The position numbers were made by a program, and so were the translations under genes. DNA of 64,000 nucleotides from Eledone cirrhosa. Lineage: Eukaryota. Positions 13,684-27,205 of this stretch are shown here, piece after piece. The DNA lies in assembly GCA_964016885.1 (NCBI GenBank), contig OZ024742.1:42098001-42162000 (forward strand). The letters run 5' to 3'. A model generated the notes under the pieces. That model was given only the letters and a program-made list of their open reading frames with translations, was not told the DNA's origin and ran no database searches. Position 1 is the stretch's first letter. Each line of letters begins with the position of its first letter.

Positions 13684-16600
13684 AATATAATAATAATAAT
13701 GAAATTATTGTGTAAAGTGCTCAGGTGCACTACAACTCGTCAATATAGTACATAGAATAATACACAAATGTCAGGGAAGTACATGTGTGTATGTGTTAGC
13801 TGTAGTGTTGGCGGATCTCGGGAAGCATGGAGGCCTTAAAGGATGCAGTGTCTTGACAGTTAACAACTGATGCAGGTAGTTTGTTCCATGCTTCAGCAAC
13901 TCTGAGCGTGAAAAAATGTTTCCGAAAGTCATGGGAACTGTGCTGTTTTCTTACTTTGTGGGCATGTCCACGTGTGTTAGACACATGGAAATCGAAAAGG
14001 TACTCAGGGTTGTTGTTGGCAACATGGTTAACAATTTTGTGGGTGTTTACCAAGTCAGTTGCCAGGCGTCGGAGCTTCAATGAATCCATGTCTCTGAACA
14101 GTTTCCAGGCGGTCAATGTCCTGAGCAAGATAGGGGTTCCAGACTGGTGATGCAAATTCTAAGTGTGGTCGCACCATAGCTGTATACAGCCTTAAATAGA
14201 TATCTGGAGAGCGGCTGACAAAGGTCTTGCTGAGTGATGCTAAGACACCCTCGGCCCTCTTGACAATTTTAGAGACGTGCCTCGTCCAACGCAAATCGCT
14301 GCTGACCGTAATGCCCAGGTCACGTTCACAGGAAAACTTCTTGATATTAGTGCTGTGGAGGGAGTATGTGGACGCTGGGTTTTTACTCCCAAAATGCATG
14401 GTGGTGCACTTGTCCACAGCTAGCTTGAGTTGCCAGTCTGAGATCCACTGTTGCATTGTGTCCAGGTCAGACTGCAAGCAAGATCTATAGTGTTCAGGAT
14501 CTGTCCTTTTTATCTCAAGGTACAGCTTGATGTCGTCTGCGTACTTTAGTACTGTGGCATTCCATAAGTTGGCATCTATGTCATCAATATATGCCACAAA
14601 CAAAAGGGGGCCAAGAACAGATCCCTGTGGTACACCAGATGACATCTCATATGGTGAGGAATGCTGTCCCAGAACCGTGACTACCTCTCTTCGACTGAGA
14701 ATGAAGGACTTCAACCAGTTAAAAAGATCATCCTTCACACCCATTGCAGAGAGTTTTGCCATAAGCCTTTTGTGCGGCACAGAATTGAAGGCCTTCACAA
14801 AGTCAAGGTAAACAACATCCACCCATGAGCCGCCATCAGTGATCCGGGTGATGTCCTCAAGAAACTCTATAAGTTGATCACAGCAGCTGGAGTTGGGGAT
14901 AAATCCAAATTGCGAGGGCCGGATAAGACTGTGAGAGCTCCAGAAGTTCCAAAGTGTTTCTCTGACACAGCATTCCATCAGTTTGGCGATGCAACTAGTA
15001 AGACTGACTGGACGATAGTTCACAGGTGATGTGCGGTCACCCTTTTTGAACAGAGGAATGACACTGGCAGTTTTCCACTGTTCTGGAGTAGCACTGTTGT
15101 TCAGACAGAATTGGAAGAAGCGTGATAACTGGTGTAGAAGGAAGTACCCACCACGTTTAAGAAGCAGGTACGTAACACCATCAAGACCAGGAGAGGCATG
15201 GTTGCATTTATTTTTTAGGTGACGTCGCAGCATTGCAGGTGTAAATTCCATGGTTGTAATAGAGTCCGGTGTCATAGGTGGTGGAGATGGTACACTCTGG
15301 TCTTCAATAGTGAAAATGCCTGCATAGCATTCAGCAATGAGCTCTGCGCATTCCTTGGGGTCGTCAGTAACCTGGCTTGTGTGGGGATTGCGAAGAGGAC
15401 CAACTGGAGAGTGAGGCTTCTGCTTTGAGTGAACATACTTCCAGAACACCTTACTGTCAGAGCTGGCTGCTATGCGCTGCTCAAATTGAAGCACTGCCTT
15501 TTTTGTCACCTGTTTGAGGTGGTTGGACGATCTATTTCGCCTTTTCCTATTAATGTCTGATTTGTGAAGTTTGTACTCACGTTCAGCATTCTTTTCTGGC
15601 AAGACGGACTGCTGCAGTCTCCCAAATTGCGCTTTTGGGATGTTTTTTCCGCTTATGTGGCACCGATGCTGCACATGCTGTCCATATTGAGCTCAGGATG
15701 TTCTGGTGTACAGTGTTGACCTCTCCAGAGTCGTAGAACTCAAGCCAGTTTGGACATTGCTACTCGGTGCAGTAACAGTTCCAGTCAAAGTGAGCAGTTT
15801 GGAGATGGTTGTGGTTCTTGTTACTGCCCATGAGGGATAGATTGGCAATGATCATAGTATGATCAGAGTCACCTAAAGGTTCCTCAGCAGTAACACTAAT
15901 GACCGTTTCAGGAGTAGTGGTGAAGAGTAGGTCCAAAGTGTTGTCACCTCTCGTTGGGGAGGTGACCACCTGGGACCAACTCGAGTCCAGCACCAGCTCA
16001 AGGAAGTCATTTGCACTTGGCGGCCAACGAAAGGTCTCCCAGTCAATCTCAGGGTGATTTAAGTCACCTGCAATGAAAACATAAGCGGCTGTCTTCCTGG
16101 CAGCAGCTCTGAGGATATCACAAAGTTGAGTGTCTTGATGGTAATTTGGAGGACGGTAAACGACTCCAAGTAGCAGTGTTGACATGGTCATACGTATATC
16201 GCAGAAAAAAACTTCCTGCTGTGATTGGTTCAAATCAGCACAAGGAATTGCCAACAGATTTGACCGAACGTAGACCATTACACCACCACCACGACGATTA
16301 ATACGGTCTTTACGAAACAGGTTGTAGCCAGTCATGCTGAAAACCCCATCACAGAGTAAGGGATGTGCCCAAGTTTCCGTGACTAATGAAGTCCGGGTTG
16401 ATACTTTTGACGTAGGAGTCAAAAAGATGAATCTTATTGCATAGACTTCGTGCATTCAAGGACAACAATTTGTACTTTGATTCCAGTCTATGATTATGTG
16501 CAGGGGATGGCAGGTTGTTCTGATTTAGTTTCCCAGAGTTTTTTCAGTTTCTTTATTGTCAGTTGTTGTGGGTACAGTGTTTTCAGACCAGCTGGTGTCT

Positions 16601-17880
16601 CTTTTCCATGATTCGCCAGCCTTAACAAACTTCCATATCTGCCCATCATCTCATAAGCTGAAGCTTTCATGTTCTGCCGAGCTGCGGTTTAGGGAAGCTG
16701 CAGCACGCAACTTTGGGCGGACATCAGGTGGAAGACCAGGACGTGTTTGGAAAGCAATCCGACTTTCACGCCTAGCTTTATCAGAGGCTACAAGGTATGA
16801 ACGTGCCTCAGTTGAGTTTGAAAACGACAGTCTAATTAACCTTGGTTTCGGGCCTGGTCGGCCAAGGCGTAGAGCCCCCTTTGCGGGAGCACAGCCCAGG
16901 TCTTTGGATGAACTGGCAGCAAATGCCTGAAGATCAACTATGTCTTCCGGCACACCAATGGCAATCACTTCGTGGTTTGCAGATTCAGTGGCATTCTCAA
17001 TGCGTCTAGGTTCAACATGAGGTACGCGGAGATTTTTTAACAAGGCACTCCGGTAAGATCCCTCATTGTGGGGTTCTACACGAACGCTTGATTTTATTTC
17101 CGCTATTTCTTGACTTAAAGCGGAAATCATTTGCCGTATTTCCTCGGTTTTTGTTGTTGTTCTTCTCCTTCTACAGGCATGGTAGAAGACACAGTCGTCG
17201 GTTGTTGTTGTTGAAAAGTAACGGGTGAGGAAGACATGGGTTGCTGTTGTTGATGAAGTCCTTCAACGGGGGTAGTAGCAGAAGCTACGGTCGTTGGTTT
17301 TTGCTGTTGTTCAGGGACAATGGTAGAGGAAGACACGATCCTCGGTTTTTGTTGTTGTTGTTCAGGAACAATGGTAGAAGACACTATCTTCGGTCTTTGT
17401 TGTTGTTGTTGTTCCGCAGCAATGGGAGAAGCAGGCATACAGTCCAGGCACTGAAAGGACCAGTTTGTTAGCTGGACCATCTCCCAGAGTCTATCCATCG
17501 TAGCAATATGATGTTTCTTATTTTGGCCTGGGATCTTCCGGAAGCCTGTGGCGCATTGAAGGCAGACAGAGATACGACAGGTTCCACATTCGACCCAACG
17601 ATTACGGAACGAGTTTTCGGGTTCCGTACAGATATGGCAGGTGTGATCTTCTGGGCAACGTTCTATTTTGGGACATCGACCAGTTTTGTCGCATACTTCA
17701 TCGATGGATATCACCATGGCAATTTTGTTATTTCTACCCATCCGTAGAAAAACACAGAATGTAAACAATATAGGTTTAGCGCACTTGATTACGATAGAAA
17801 TAAAATGTCTGTTTTTTTGTGTATTTTGTTTCCGTTTTCCTAAATGTTGTGTGTGTACAGAAGAGTCTGTGCATGTAAAC
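13684..17880 (-). mobile_element. Near full-length CR1-type LINE (PHD-like ORF1; APE+RT ORF2, disrupted) in a tectonic intron
   Basis: APE motifs RKDR..RRGGGV, YRPP, GDLN, LDL, SDH; RT motifs NYRPVSL, YLDF.KAF, GVPQGSVLGP, YADD; C-terminal RGH..K, FF..RV...WN; (ATT)n tail near 13685; 65-nt deletion at 14090/14091 relative to the 45.8-kb copy. Confidence 0.92.
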
Positions 17881-18274
17881 AAATAAATATGCTGCGTAAG
17901 TTAAATGAAACGTACTGTAGAAGGCAGTTGTTTATTAACAGCGAAATAACGTTTATTTTTTTTTTTTTCCCTGATACTGCTTCTTTATAATAAACTTTCA
18001 ATAATATTTTTTTTTTCAAATTATTAACTTTCAGCTGCTAGTATATATATATATAATTAAAAGGTGTATGCGGGTTAGAAGCGAAGTCAATGTTAAGAAA
18101 TATTTTACCAATGTAAATTGGTAAAATTGGCCGGTATATTGTCTCACACGAAATAGTGTGGTTTCTTTTCACGTGTGTGTATATGCATATGGTATATATC
18201 TGTATATAAATCTGTGTGTATATTGTTGTTTATATGTTTTGTGGAGTACTTACTGCGTTTGTTTTTCTATTCAG

Positions 18275-18421
18275 TTTGAAGAACCAAACCAATGCAGCCA
18301 AGTCGTTACAGGAATGCAGATACAAGTATTATATGCCAAAGTTGGATCTATTAGTAATCCTCAGCCCAAAATTATTGGTGTTTCTGTAACCTATGAAAAA
18401 CCAAAGACAATATCATTACAG
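18275..18421 (+). CDS. TCTN: Tectonic exon
   Basis: tattcag|...|gtataa; FEEPNQCSQVVTGMQIQVLYAKVGSISNPQPKIIGVSVTYEKPKTISLQ (G...NPQ-x-KI); 147 nt. Confidence 0.93.
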
Positions 18422-19849
18422 GTATAATCTTATCTTCATAAATATCATTTTATGTTCACTTTCTATGTTGGCATAAGTTAGAGAGGTCATTAGACTCCAA
18501 ATCAGTTCATATTGAGATTTATTGCCTTCCTAGATTGGCCAGAAGACCATCTCTCACTTGCACACTCCTTTTTCATATGGTTTTTATGGCTTGATTCTTT
18601 TCCTAACATCAACCATATAACAGGGTGCACTGGGTGCATTTTATTGGAATATCAGTACGAGAAAATTTGTCATGATCTTGACAAGACTAAAGTATTCTTT
18701 CCATCTCATATTATCGCCATTTAATCGCCAAACAATTTACAGGGTGTACTTGGTGCATTTTATCATGACAACAACAACACTAGAGGCGTTGCCTTGTACT
18801 CTGCAAGGTTAAAAAGTCTTTTCCACTTTACATAGTCACCATTTTACAAGGCAAATGTAATTGAGAATGTGATTAGAAAGAGGGTGACAGCCAAGAAGTT
18901 GAAAGGGAAGGGAATATGAGTGTGAATAGAGTGATAGGATGATAGGGGAGGATCAGTTGAAAAAACACTTGGGTAGGAACCAGTATCGCAGTGATGATGA
19001 TATATCTGCTGCTGATAACTTTTTTGACCAACAGAGTGAAAGCTTCTTCACCAATAGGATCCAAGTACTGCAACACTGATGGAAGAAGTTTGTGGACCGC
19101 AAGAGGGATTATGTTGAAAAATAAAGCTCATATGGTCAATTCCATGAGAGTTTCTTGGTCAGTTTATTAGCTTTTCAACTGACCTTTGTAAATGTCCCTT
19201 CCAATGCATGCCAGCATAGAAAAGTCGACATAAAAAAAATGATGATTTTTCTAACAAATCTAATTTTATGTGGAAATGTTCTTGTTGCATTAGAAAAATT
19301 ATTAAAATTTAGATTGTTTATCAATTCTTGTATAATTGTTAGATACATACCCAATATCTAAAATCCAAATGTTAAACCCTTAAATTACTTATGTTGTTAA
19401 TAATGAAGAAGTTAGTTATTTTACTAAATCCCTACAAATTCATGATTTTTTCATTAAAATATAGAAACAGATGGATTAAAAAGCATTTAAAGTTTACAAG
19501 ATAATAGCCATTTTATATTTCATACTTATATAGTGTAGTTATATTTCAGTCTGATATAAAAGTAATGTGAATAGCTTTAGTCTAATTTATATTTATATCT
19601 CGGTTTTTTAGAATAGATATACTGTATCTTTACGTGTTCTAAGAAGCAACTAAAAAGGCTGGTGCAAAGAAGGGCATCCAGTTGTAAAATATTCTCTCAA
19701 AACATCCTCCTGTCCAACTCATGCCAGCATAGAAAAGTGGGCATAAAAATGATGATGATGAAAAAGAGTTACATTATTTAGAAAATGTTAATTTAAAAGT
19801 AAAATGAAAAATCTGAAAGTTTATTAATAAATGTTTTTTTTTTTTTTAG

Positions 19850-20101
19850 TGTGGTGCCCTAATGTGTAATCCCACAGACTACGATAGACAATACAATATT
19901 GAGATGTTGATATCTGTAGCATTTCAGGATGTTTCTCTACCAGCTGTAGAGGTTTTTGCTGAAAATACCCCAACAGAAAGTGGTTTACCGTATGATTTTT
20001 TCTATCCATTTTATTCAGATGGATCTGAAAATAACTATGATCAAGTTTCAGTGTATTTTACAATTATTTGTGCTATTTTCCAAATGTTTCTTTTGCCATG
20101 A
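19850..20101 (+). CDS. TCTN: Tectonic terminal coding exon
   Basis: poly-T tract plus ag acceptor; CGALMCNPT...SVAFQDVSLPA...LPYDFFYPF...FTIICAIFQMFLLP-TGA; LP-x-DFF-x-PF is the tectonic C-terminal hallmark. Confidence 0.95.
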   Translation, partial: CGALMCNPTDYDRQYNIEMLISVAFQDVSLPAVEVFAENTPTESGLPYDFFYPFYSDGSENNYDQVSVYFTIICAIFQMFLLP

Positions 20102-20799
20102 AAATTAGTTGTTTCTCTGAAATACAAATCTAGGTTTACTCTCCAGGAAAATATTATTGGGCATCTTTAATCTTTCTAGATATTTTTTACATAATTCTAC
20201 ACAATATCTTTATCATACTTTTATATATTCCATTGTAAATATCATTATCATTTAACTCCAGTGGAAGGTTTCAAAATTAATTCAGGAATGTTTATAATAT
20301 ATTTACTAAAATGAATAGAAGACATTTAATTGACTTAATTACATGTGTTACAAAGCTGCCAAGAAAATTGAGCAAAGATCCTGTCTATGGTACAACAACT
20401 GGATAAATGTCATCTATAATATGTGTAATCATTTGATTAAGAATTAGTCAAGCCAAGATCTTACAAGCTATGGAAAGGAGAGATATGCCATAATAGTTAT
20501 CACTGACAATCCAATTTCTTTTGTTTCTGTAAAGATTCTTATTGTAACCATCTTTGAAGTCCTGTGGAACAAGCTCAATTCTCCAAATTGCTTTGAAGAG
20601 TTTGTGCAAACTCTTGACCAACTTTTGACCGCCATACTTATATACTTCTGGTCTAATACCATCTTTACCAGGAAGCCTTGTCTGAGGATATTTGCTTGAT
20701 GGAAACCTTCACTTCCTTCAGAGTTGGTTCAGAATCAACCGAGTGCTTGACTCGGATGGCCGACAAGACGGGACTAAACTATTCAGTTTTGCAACCCTT

Positions 20800-22345
20800 G
20801 TACTCGGGATCCTGTTGGTAGAGCACCCGATGGCGGGAGAAAGATTGGGCCCCCTCCCCTCAAGGGTAATATTGTTTCTTTCTGTGACCCTTCACCCGTG
20901 AGCCTCTCAGCTCTCTTATGATGTCAACACAGTGCCTGTAGTCCACTTCCAACAGCATGAAGCGTCTCCAGGACAAAGTCAACCTCACACTAATTGAGGG
21001 CGACATTTCGCTGGCAGTATGTGTGCTGGCCTCGAGTGACACTGTACTCCAGCCCACACAGAATGTCTTATCAGCCACAACCATCCGGACTTCCGATATC
21101 AGGGACATAGCAGCTACCCTCAGATCGTTCCCAGGCAGGGGGCGGAGTAGACTGCCCAGCCTCTTCATCTTGTCTCACGCTGCAGAGGTGGAGAGGATGG
21201 CACGGCCTCCTCATTTTGCCTCACACTGCAGAGGCGCGATTGCTCCAGTCACTAACAGTCCTCACCAACTGTCTTTTTTGTGCTAACTTGCCCTGCCATG
21301 CCTGCAACCTTTTCTTCACAGCCATTCTGAGAGTCCTGAGGAAGAATGGCGGAGGCGTCCACCGCATCGCAGTGGGCAATGTCTTCTGACAACTTGCAGC
21401 CAAGATAGCTTGCAAGTCAGTCAAAGACGACCTGAGTGAGCTGCTAAGCCCTGTCCAGCTCGGAGTGGGAATCGAGGGCGGATGTGAGGCTGCAGCTCAT
21501 GCAGCTAGACATTTCATAGAGCACCCAGTCCATGCTGTAAAGTGGTGTTGGTGTTAGGAAGGGCATCCAACCAGTGTATTAATGCCAAAACAATCATGAG
21601 CACAACAAAAAATATATATCGCAATAACTGCGTGAACAGCAATAACACACGCCTCCTTCATCACCCGACCTCCTTGTGAAGTTGGACATGACAAACGCCT
21701 TCAATAGCATTAGGCAGGATCACATCCTAGAGACGTGTCTCAGATGAGTCCCCTCCATTTACCCTCTTGCTCACCTCTCATACGGAAACCCCAGCTCACT
21801 CATAGCCGCTGACAACAGGGTTACTTTCGCCACAGGTGTCCAGCAAGGAGACCCTCTCAGTCACCCCCTCAACGTTTGGTACGTAGACACAACCCTGGGT
21901 GGCACGGCTGAGACGACAAGTGCCCTGATGGAATTACCCTCGAGGTAGATCCCTCATCTGGGACGCCACATGTTGTCACACATTCTCTGCCTCCAACTTA
22001 GTAATTTCAGCCACAAACCGCGGTACTGCAGAGGAAAAGAAGACAAACAAATACCGGGGATTGTCCGGCCACTTCCTCTTAGCACTGGTCGCCATCGAGA
22101 CCTCAGGCGTACTTGGACCCCATACTGCCGAGCTCCTACACAGGATCAGAACATTGATAGCCCATCTGAGGAAGGAGCTCTGCAATGTTGGGTGGTTGTT
22201 GCAGTGGGTGTCACTAGCCATTGTCCGCGGAAATACTTTTGCAGTCTTGTCTGAGGGGTACAACCCCAATACCACCTTGCCCTATGCCTAGAACCCATCA
22301 CCCCGCTCCCATTCTTCTGTGACCCCAGATCCCTTGCCCTTGCCT
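20800..22345 (+). mobile_element. Degenerate CRE-like non-LTR retrotransposon (RT plus restriction-like endonuclease)
   Basis: Across frames: IAVGNVF, PVQLGVGIEGGCEAAAHAAR, VKLDMTNAFNS, GVQQGDPL, WDAT, AIETSGVLGP, SLAIVRGN. Confidence 0.75.
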
Positions 22346-24953
22346 TCATTTTTCCATTATTAAATATCTGTAATGTTGTTATTTGAAATATTTTCTTTGA
22401 ATTTAAACATTTAAACTATAAAGTAATGAGTGTAATGAATTTTCTCCCCTTTTTTTTACATTGGTTGAGACTGCAGTGAGATTGCATAATGTTTGTCACT
22501 TTGTTGAGGCCATTAATGTTATAATTAAAATGAATTGGTTTTAGCTAAAAATCTCAAACAGGCAGAATTGGTTCACTAAGAGATTACTGCTACTCTATGA
22601 CACATATTGAATCTTCTTTTTATGGATTTGGTGGAATTGTGAAAGTGCATAACCTAGTAGTTAAAGTGTTAGGTTCATTGTCATTAAGGTCATAGGATTG
22701 ATTAAAAAGCTGGGTGGTACATTTTATCCTTGAGCAAGGCACTTTATTTCATATTGCTCTAGTTCACTGAAAATAAGTAATAGCAGCAGCTAGAGATTAA
22801 CTTTGTGATGAACTGATGCCTGATACTCTCACTTGCTTAACACCGCCTGAAACTGAGATAAGCTTCAGCCTGATGAGCCTCTAGGTTCAAAAAAGATTTT
22901 AACTTTTTGATAGAGTTGGTTTAATCATTTAGCATTTACATTACTCTCTATTTACTATTGTATTTTCACAGTAAAAACTTTATCTCACATAATATCGAAT
23001 CTATGAGATTTTGATATTATTTATTTTGAGAACAATACCTTAACATAAGTATGAGCAGCTGGTTTGAACAGAAAGAGGTGAGAGAATTCTGGTCAGATAC
23101 AGGCGGTTTAAATGCTAAGTCTCAGTATATTAGAAGGTTTGAAATCAATACCACAGCAAACTGATAAAGCATCATGAACAGTGGGAAAATGTTATAGCTG
23201 ATTTAGCTAATCCTAGTATGTTAATCTTTAGCATGCTAGTAATTTTTATGAGTTGTTTCCCTTTACACTGCATTATCTATTAAGGAAAGATTACTCTAGA
23301 GCGCCATGTGTCACACACAACGTCCTGAAGGTTAATGTTACTTCTTTTATTAACCTTGGAATAATGAAAAGGTAAATCAATCCTGGTAAAATTTGAACTT
23401 TCCATATGGAGGGGTGAAATTAAATACTGTACCCTATTTGTCAACTGGCTACTCTTGAATAAACAGATATTAATTTTATAGTTGAGCCTTTTCGTGAAAT
23501 GGTTATTGAATATATAAAAATAAATGAAGACAGGTGGGCATGAAGCAAGATTTTCAAAGTATATTATTACTTATATAGAAAAAGCGAAAAATATATATTT
23601 GAAATATATGGAAACTAACATGCTATCTAAACAAATTCATTTCAATGGTGGATTTCTTGAAATGAACAAAAAAAAGAAAATGGAGTTGTCATAATGACTT
23701 TATATATATACTGATCTCTAACACTCTCACTCTCTCTTCTTCTTTTAAACTCCGTCCATCAGACACAATGAGAGGTTCTCAATGTCTTGTAAGTAAATTT
23801 GAAGTGTGAATGTGGTGTGTTGTTCAGCATGTACATGTATATATATTTTACTGTTTATACTGCTGATTTATAAACTTGTTATTTTAACTGTACAAAGAAA
23901 GTTGTGTCAGAGATTTGAGTTGGCTTATATGTATAATTATTTTCATAAAATAAACTTAACAGCAACTAACATAAGAGAAATGAGTGAAAGTAAATATATT
24001 TTTAAAATCAACCATAACAATATGCTACATATGTTTCTATATTTATATATATCTCCATCTGTAACTCTTTAAAATTACACACAATAAGAAGTTTGTTTTG
24101 TAATCACAAAGTCCTGGGTTCTGAACCCTACATTTGTCTCTGTAAATAGTTATTTCTCCAATGTTACTCATACATTTAATCCTGTTATTTGTACATATAT
24201 GCTGATCATTTATGTAATTATTTTCTTGAAATAAATTATTCAAATATCAATTTTTATGTTTAATAATTTCCACATGTCAGTAATCAACATAAACCAATAG
24301 GGTTTCTCTTTTGCAAATCATAAATTTATCAAAACTCAAATGTCCCAGCTTGTATGATTGTTCACATATCCAGTATTTTGGTATATATGGTGTACCAAAC
24401 CTGGACTAAAAAATGAAATATATTCAACACTATTACTATCATTATTGATGACTCTGGTTAACTATTTTATATATAGAATGTGTCACCAGTTCATCATTTT
24501 TCAGAATAAATATGTGTTCAACTGTATCTGTTGATCCTTTCATCAATGTTTTCATTGGTCTTTCCATTGCTGATCCTATCTACCATTCACAACTCCTGAC
24601 TAAAGGAGCAACTTGAAGTATTTTGCTCGAGAACACAATACGCCATCCAGGAATTGAAGACATGACCTTATTATGAGCTCAATACCGTAACAACTAAGCA
24701 ACATGCTTCCATGATAAAAAGCACCAAGTCCACCCTGTTAGGTGTTAGTGCTGATGAAAATAAAATGCACCTGGTGCACGCAGTGAAATGGTTGGCATTA
24801 AGAAAGGCATCCAGCTATAGAAAACATGCCAAAATGGAATGTATAAGCAAAACCTGACCTGTCTAGCCTCAGAAAATGACAACCAGTCAAACCCATGCAG
24901 TTATGAAAAATAGACATAAAACAATGTTATATATATATATATACATATGTGTA

Positions 24954-24980
<27 letters not shown>

Positions 24981-24984
<4 letters not shown>

Positions 24985-25166
24985 GAGAGACGTAAAATAA
25001 GAAAATTATAAAATTAACTTACTAAAATATCACTTCCAACTGACGACGAAATGATTCTCTATGTTTTCTTCGGAAAATATATTTATTCCATTTCAGAAAC
25101 TAATTAGTTGGAAGTGATATTTTAGTAAGTTAATTTTATAATTTTCTTATTTTACGTCTCTCATAT
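24981..25166. repeat. Perfect 61-bp inverted repeat in (TA)n
   Basis: 24981-25041 is the reverse complement of 25106-25166. Confidence 0.95.
25032..25114 (+). ncRNA. Hammerhead-like motif with cUUCGg-capped stem II
   Basis: CUGACGA C GAAAUG...UAUGUUUUC UUCG GAAAAUAUA...CAUUUC A GAAA CUAAUUAG UU GGAAG; the stem I 5' strand appears replaced by the inverted arm. Confidence 0.62.
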
Positions 25167-25280
25167 TATTGTTCTGCAACCCCATGCATTGAACCACAAA
25201 GTTACTAAGACAAAACCTATATATTTGCTAGCATTGATATGCATCTGTATGTATATATATGTTACTAGATATTAATTCTT

Positions 25281-25322
<42 letters not shown>

Positions 25323-25404
25323 TATATACATATATGTACATATATATATATATACATATATGTATATATATATACATATATGTATATGTATATATATGTA
25401 TATA

Positions 25405-25788
25405 TATATTAATAAAAGGAATTCCAACTTTGTCTGATTTACTCGTTTTATCTACAATCCTTTAAAATTTATAATGGTATTAGAATGAAATAGTATGGTA
25501 GAATATTAAATGTTAAGTGTTAATTGAACAAGTACTTTCATGCTTTCACAATCTTCATAATGTGTGGTGACAGTCAGTTTGCAATTTTCAACTGTTGAAA
25601 ATTGCAAACTTGACTGTCACCACACATTATGAACCTGAAGATTGCGAAAGCATGAAAGTACTTGTTCAATTAACACTTAACATTTAATATTCTACCGTAC
25701 TATTTCATTCTAATACCATTATAAATTTTAAAGGATTGTAAATAAAACGAGTAAATCAGGCAAAGTTGGAATTCCTTTTATTAATATA
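25405..25788. repeat. Near-perfect palindrome, about 190-bp arms, centre near 25593
   Basis: TTTGCAATTTTCAAC-T-GTTGAAAATTGCAAA at the axis; (TA)n on both flanks. Confidence 0.95.
25630..25668 (+). ncRNA. Minimal hammerhead ribozyme
   Basis: UGAAC CUGAAGA U UGC gaaa GCA U GAAA GUAC UU GUUCA; palindromic stem III (AGUACU), GNRA loop II. Confidence 0.75.
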
Positions 25789-25862
25789 ATCTTCTATACA
25801 CAATCATACACACCCGTGTATATTTATCTATATATATATGTATATAGATATATACATATATG

Positions 25863-25909
<47 letters not shown>

Positions 25910-26297
25910 GTATATATATATATACATATATCATTGTCAACGTTTTATGTCCATTCTTCCACGCTAGCATGGGTTAGACGGGTTGTCCTGTTGTGGGCAA
26001 TGCCAGGTTAGGTGACCATGCCTTGCTCATAGATTTCTACAGCTGGATGCCCTTCCTATCACCAACCTCATTTACAGTGAGTGCTGGGATCTTTTTTTCC
26101 GTGGCGCCTACACGTCCACTTTACAGTGTGGGGTGGGTGCTTTTTTGCCGTGGCACCTCTACGACCACTTTGCAGTAGAATGATAGGGACCCTAGTCCTA
26201 TCATCTGATTTCTACAGCTGAATAAACTGGAGCAATGTAAAATAAAGTGTCATATTGCTCACATATACATATATATATATATATATATATGTATATA

Positions 26298-27205
26298 CTA
26301 GCTGAGGTACCCAGTAATACCCAGGAGCGGGGATATTCCCAGTTCCCATTAAAATGCCCAATGCCTCTCAAACCAAAAATGAAATCAAAATATAGGACAG
26401 ATAATCAAAAGCGAAGACATTTACAAAATAATACAGATAAATATTGTTGATTGCATTGGTCAGGCGAAAAAATGTTTGTCAGAAAAGTTGAGTGTTGCTA
26501 TAAGGAAAAAAATAGAACCCCCATTAGTGTGTCTTAATATTACTGAAATTTTGTGAATAGGCATCATATCTTGTCATTTACCTATGGTTTAAATTTCATA
26601 TAAATCGAAGGGAAAAAATTTTCAGCAGGAGTTTTCTGCCCCCGGGGAACCCTTTGATTAAAATGAAATATACTTATCCAAGTACCCTGGGCAATGTAGT
26701 TTCAGAATATATATGGTTATGGGGGGTCTATCTCCAAAACCATAGGAGGAGTTCGCGAATCTTGTTCTATTTATTGGCCAAAATTATCACTATAGGGGGC
26801 TTAACCCCCATTAGGGTGTCTTAATATTATTGAAATTTGCTGAAATGTTATGTCTTAGACTACAGCCAGTCACACAAACCTGTAACAAATCCTGAACAAG
26901 CAATGCCTGTGCTTTGAATGTATTTTAAGTGGGGAAAGGCCTTGCACTCGACCAATCCCACTCACTGAGCATTGAAAACTACCCAAAAAGGAGAACTGGT
27001 CGTCATCATCGGATGCTTCTGAAGCTGCAGGTTTTTTTTCAGAGTTTCCCTCTCCTAGAAAGGTGTTGTGACAAAAACTGGGGGCCTTTCACTCCCAGGT
27101 AAAAAAAAAGTACTATTTAGATGACCGTTAACTCTGCTGAGTTTCTCCGCACTTTGCCAGGGTGTCATCCTGCAAGGTGTCCAAATATTACCCTTCTCAC
27201 CAAGC
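26298..27205 (-). mobile_element. Probable Helitron-derived element in (TA)n
   Basis: ACTAGCTGAGGTACCCAG left end reads as a CTAG|T 3' terminus on -; internal repeat ccccattag.gtgtcttaatatta.tgaaattt; right end uncertain. Confidence 0.5.

Noticed and set aside
22868-22895. CTGATGAGCC..GGTTC hammerhead-like start
   Set aside because: No GAAA/UH or stem I; it is the 3' hairpin of a CORE-like SINE
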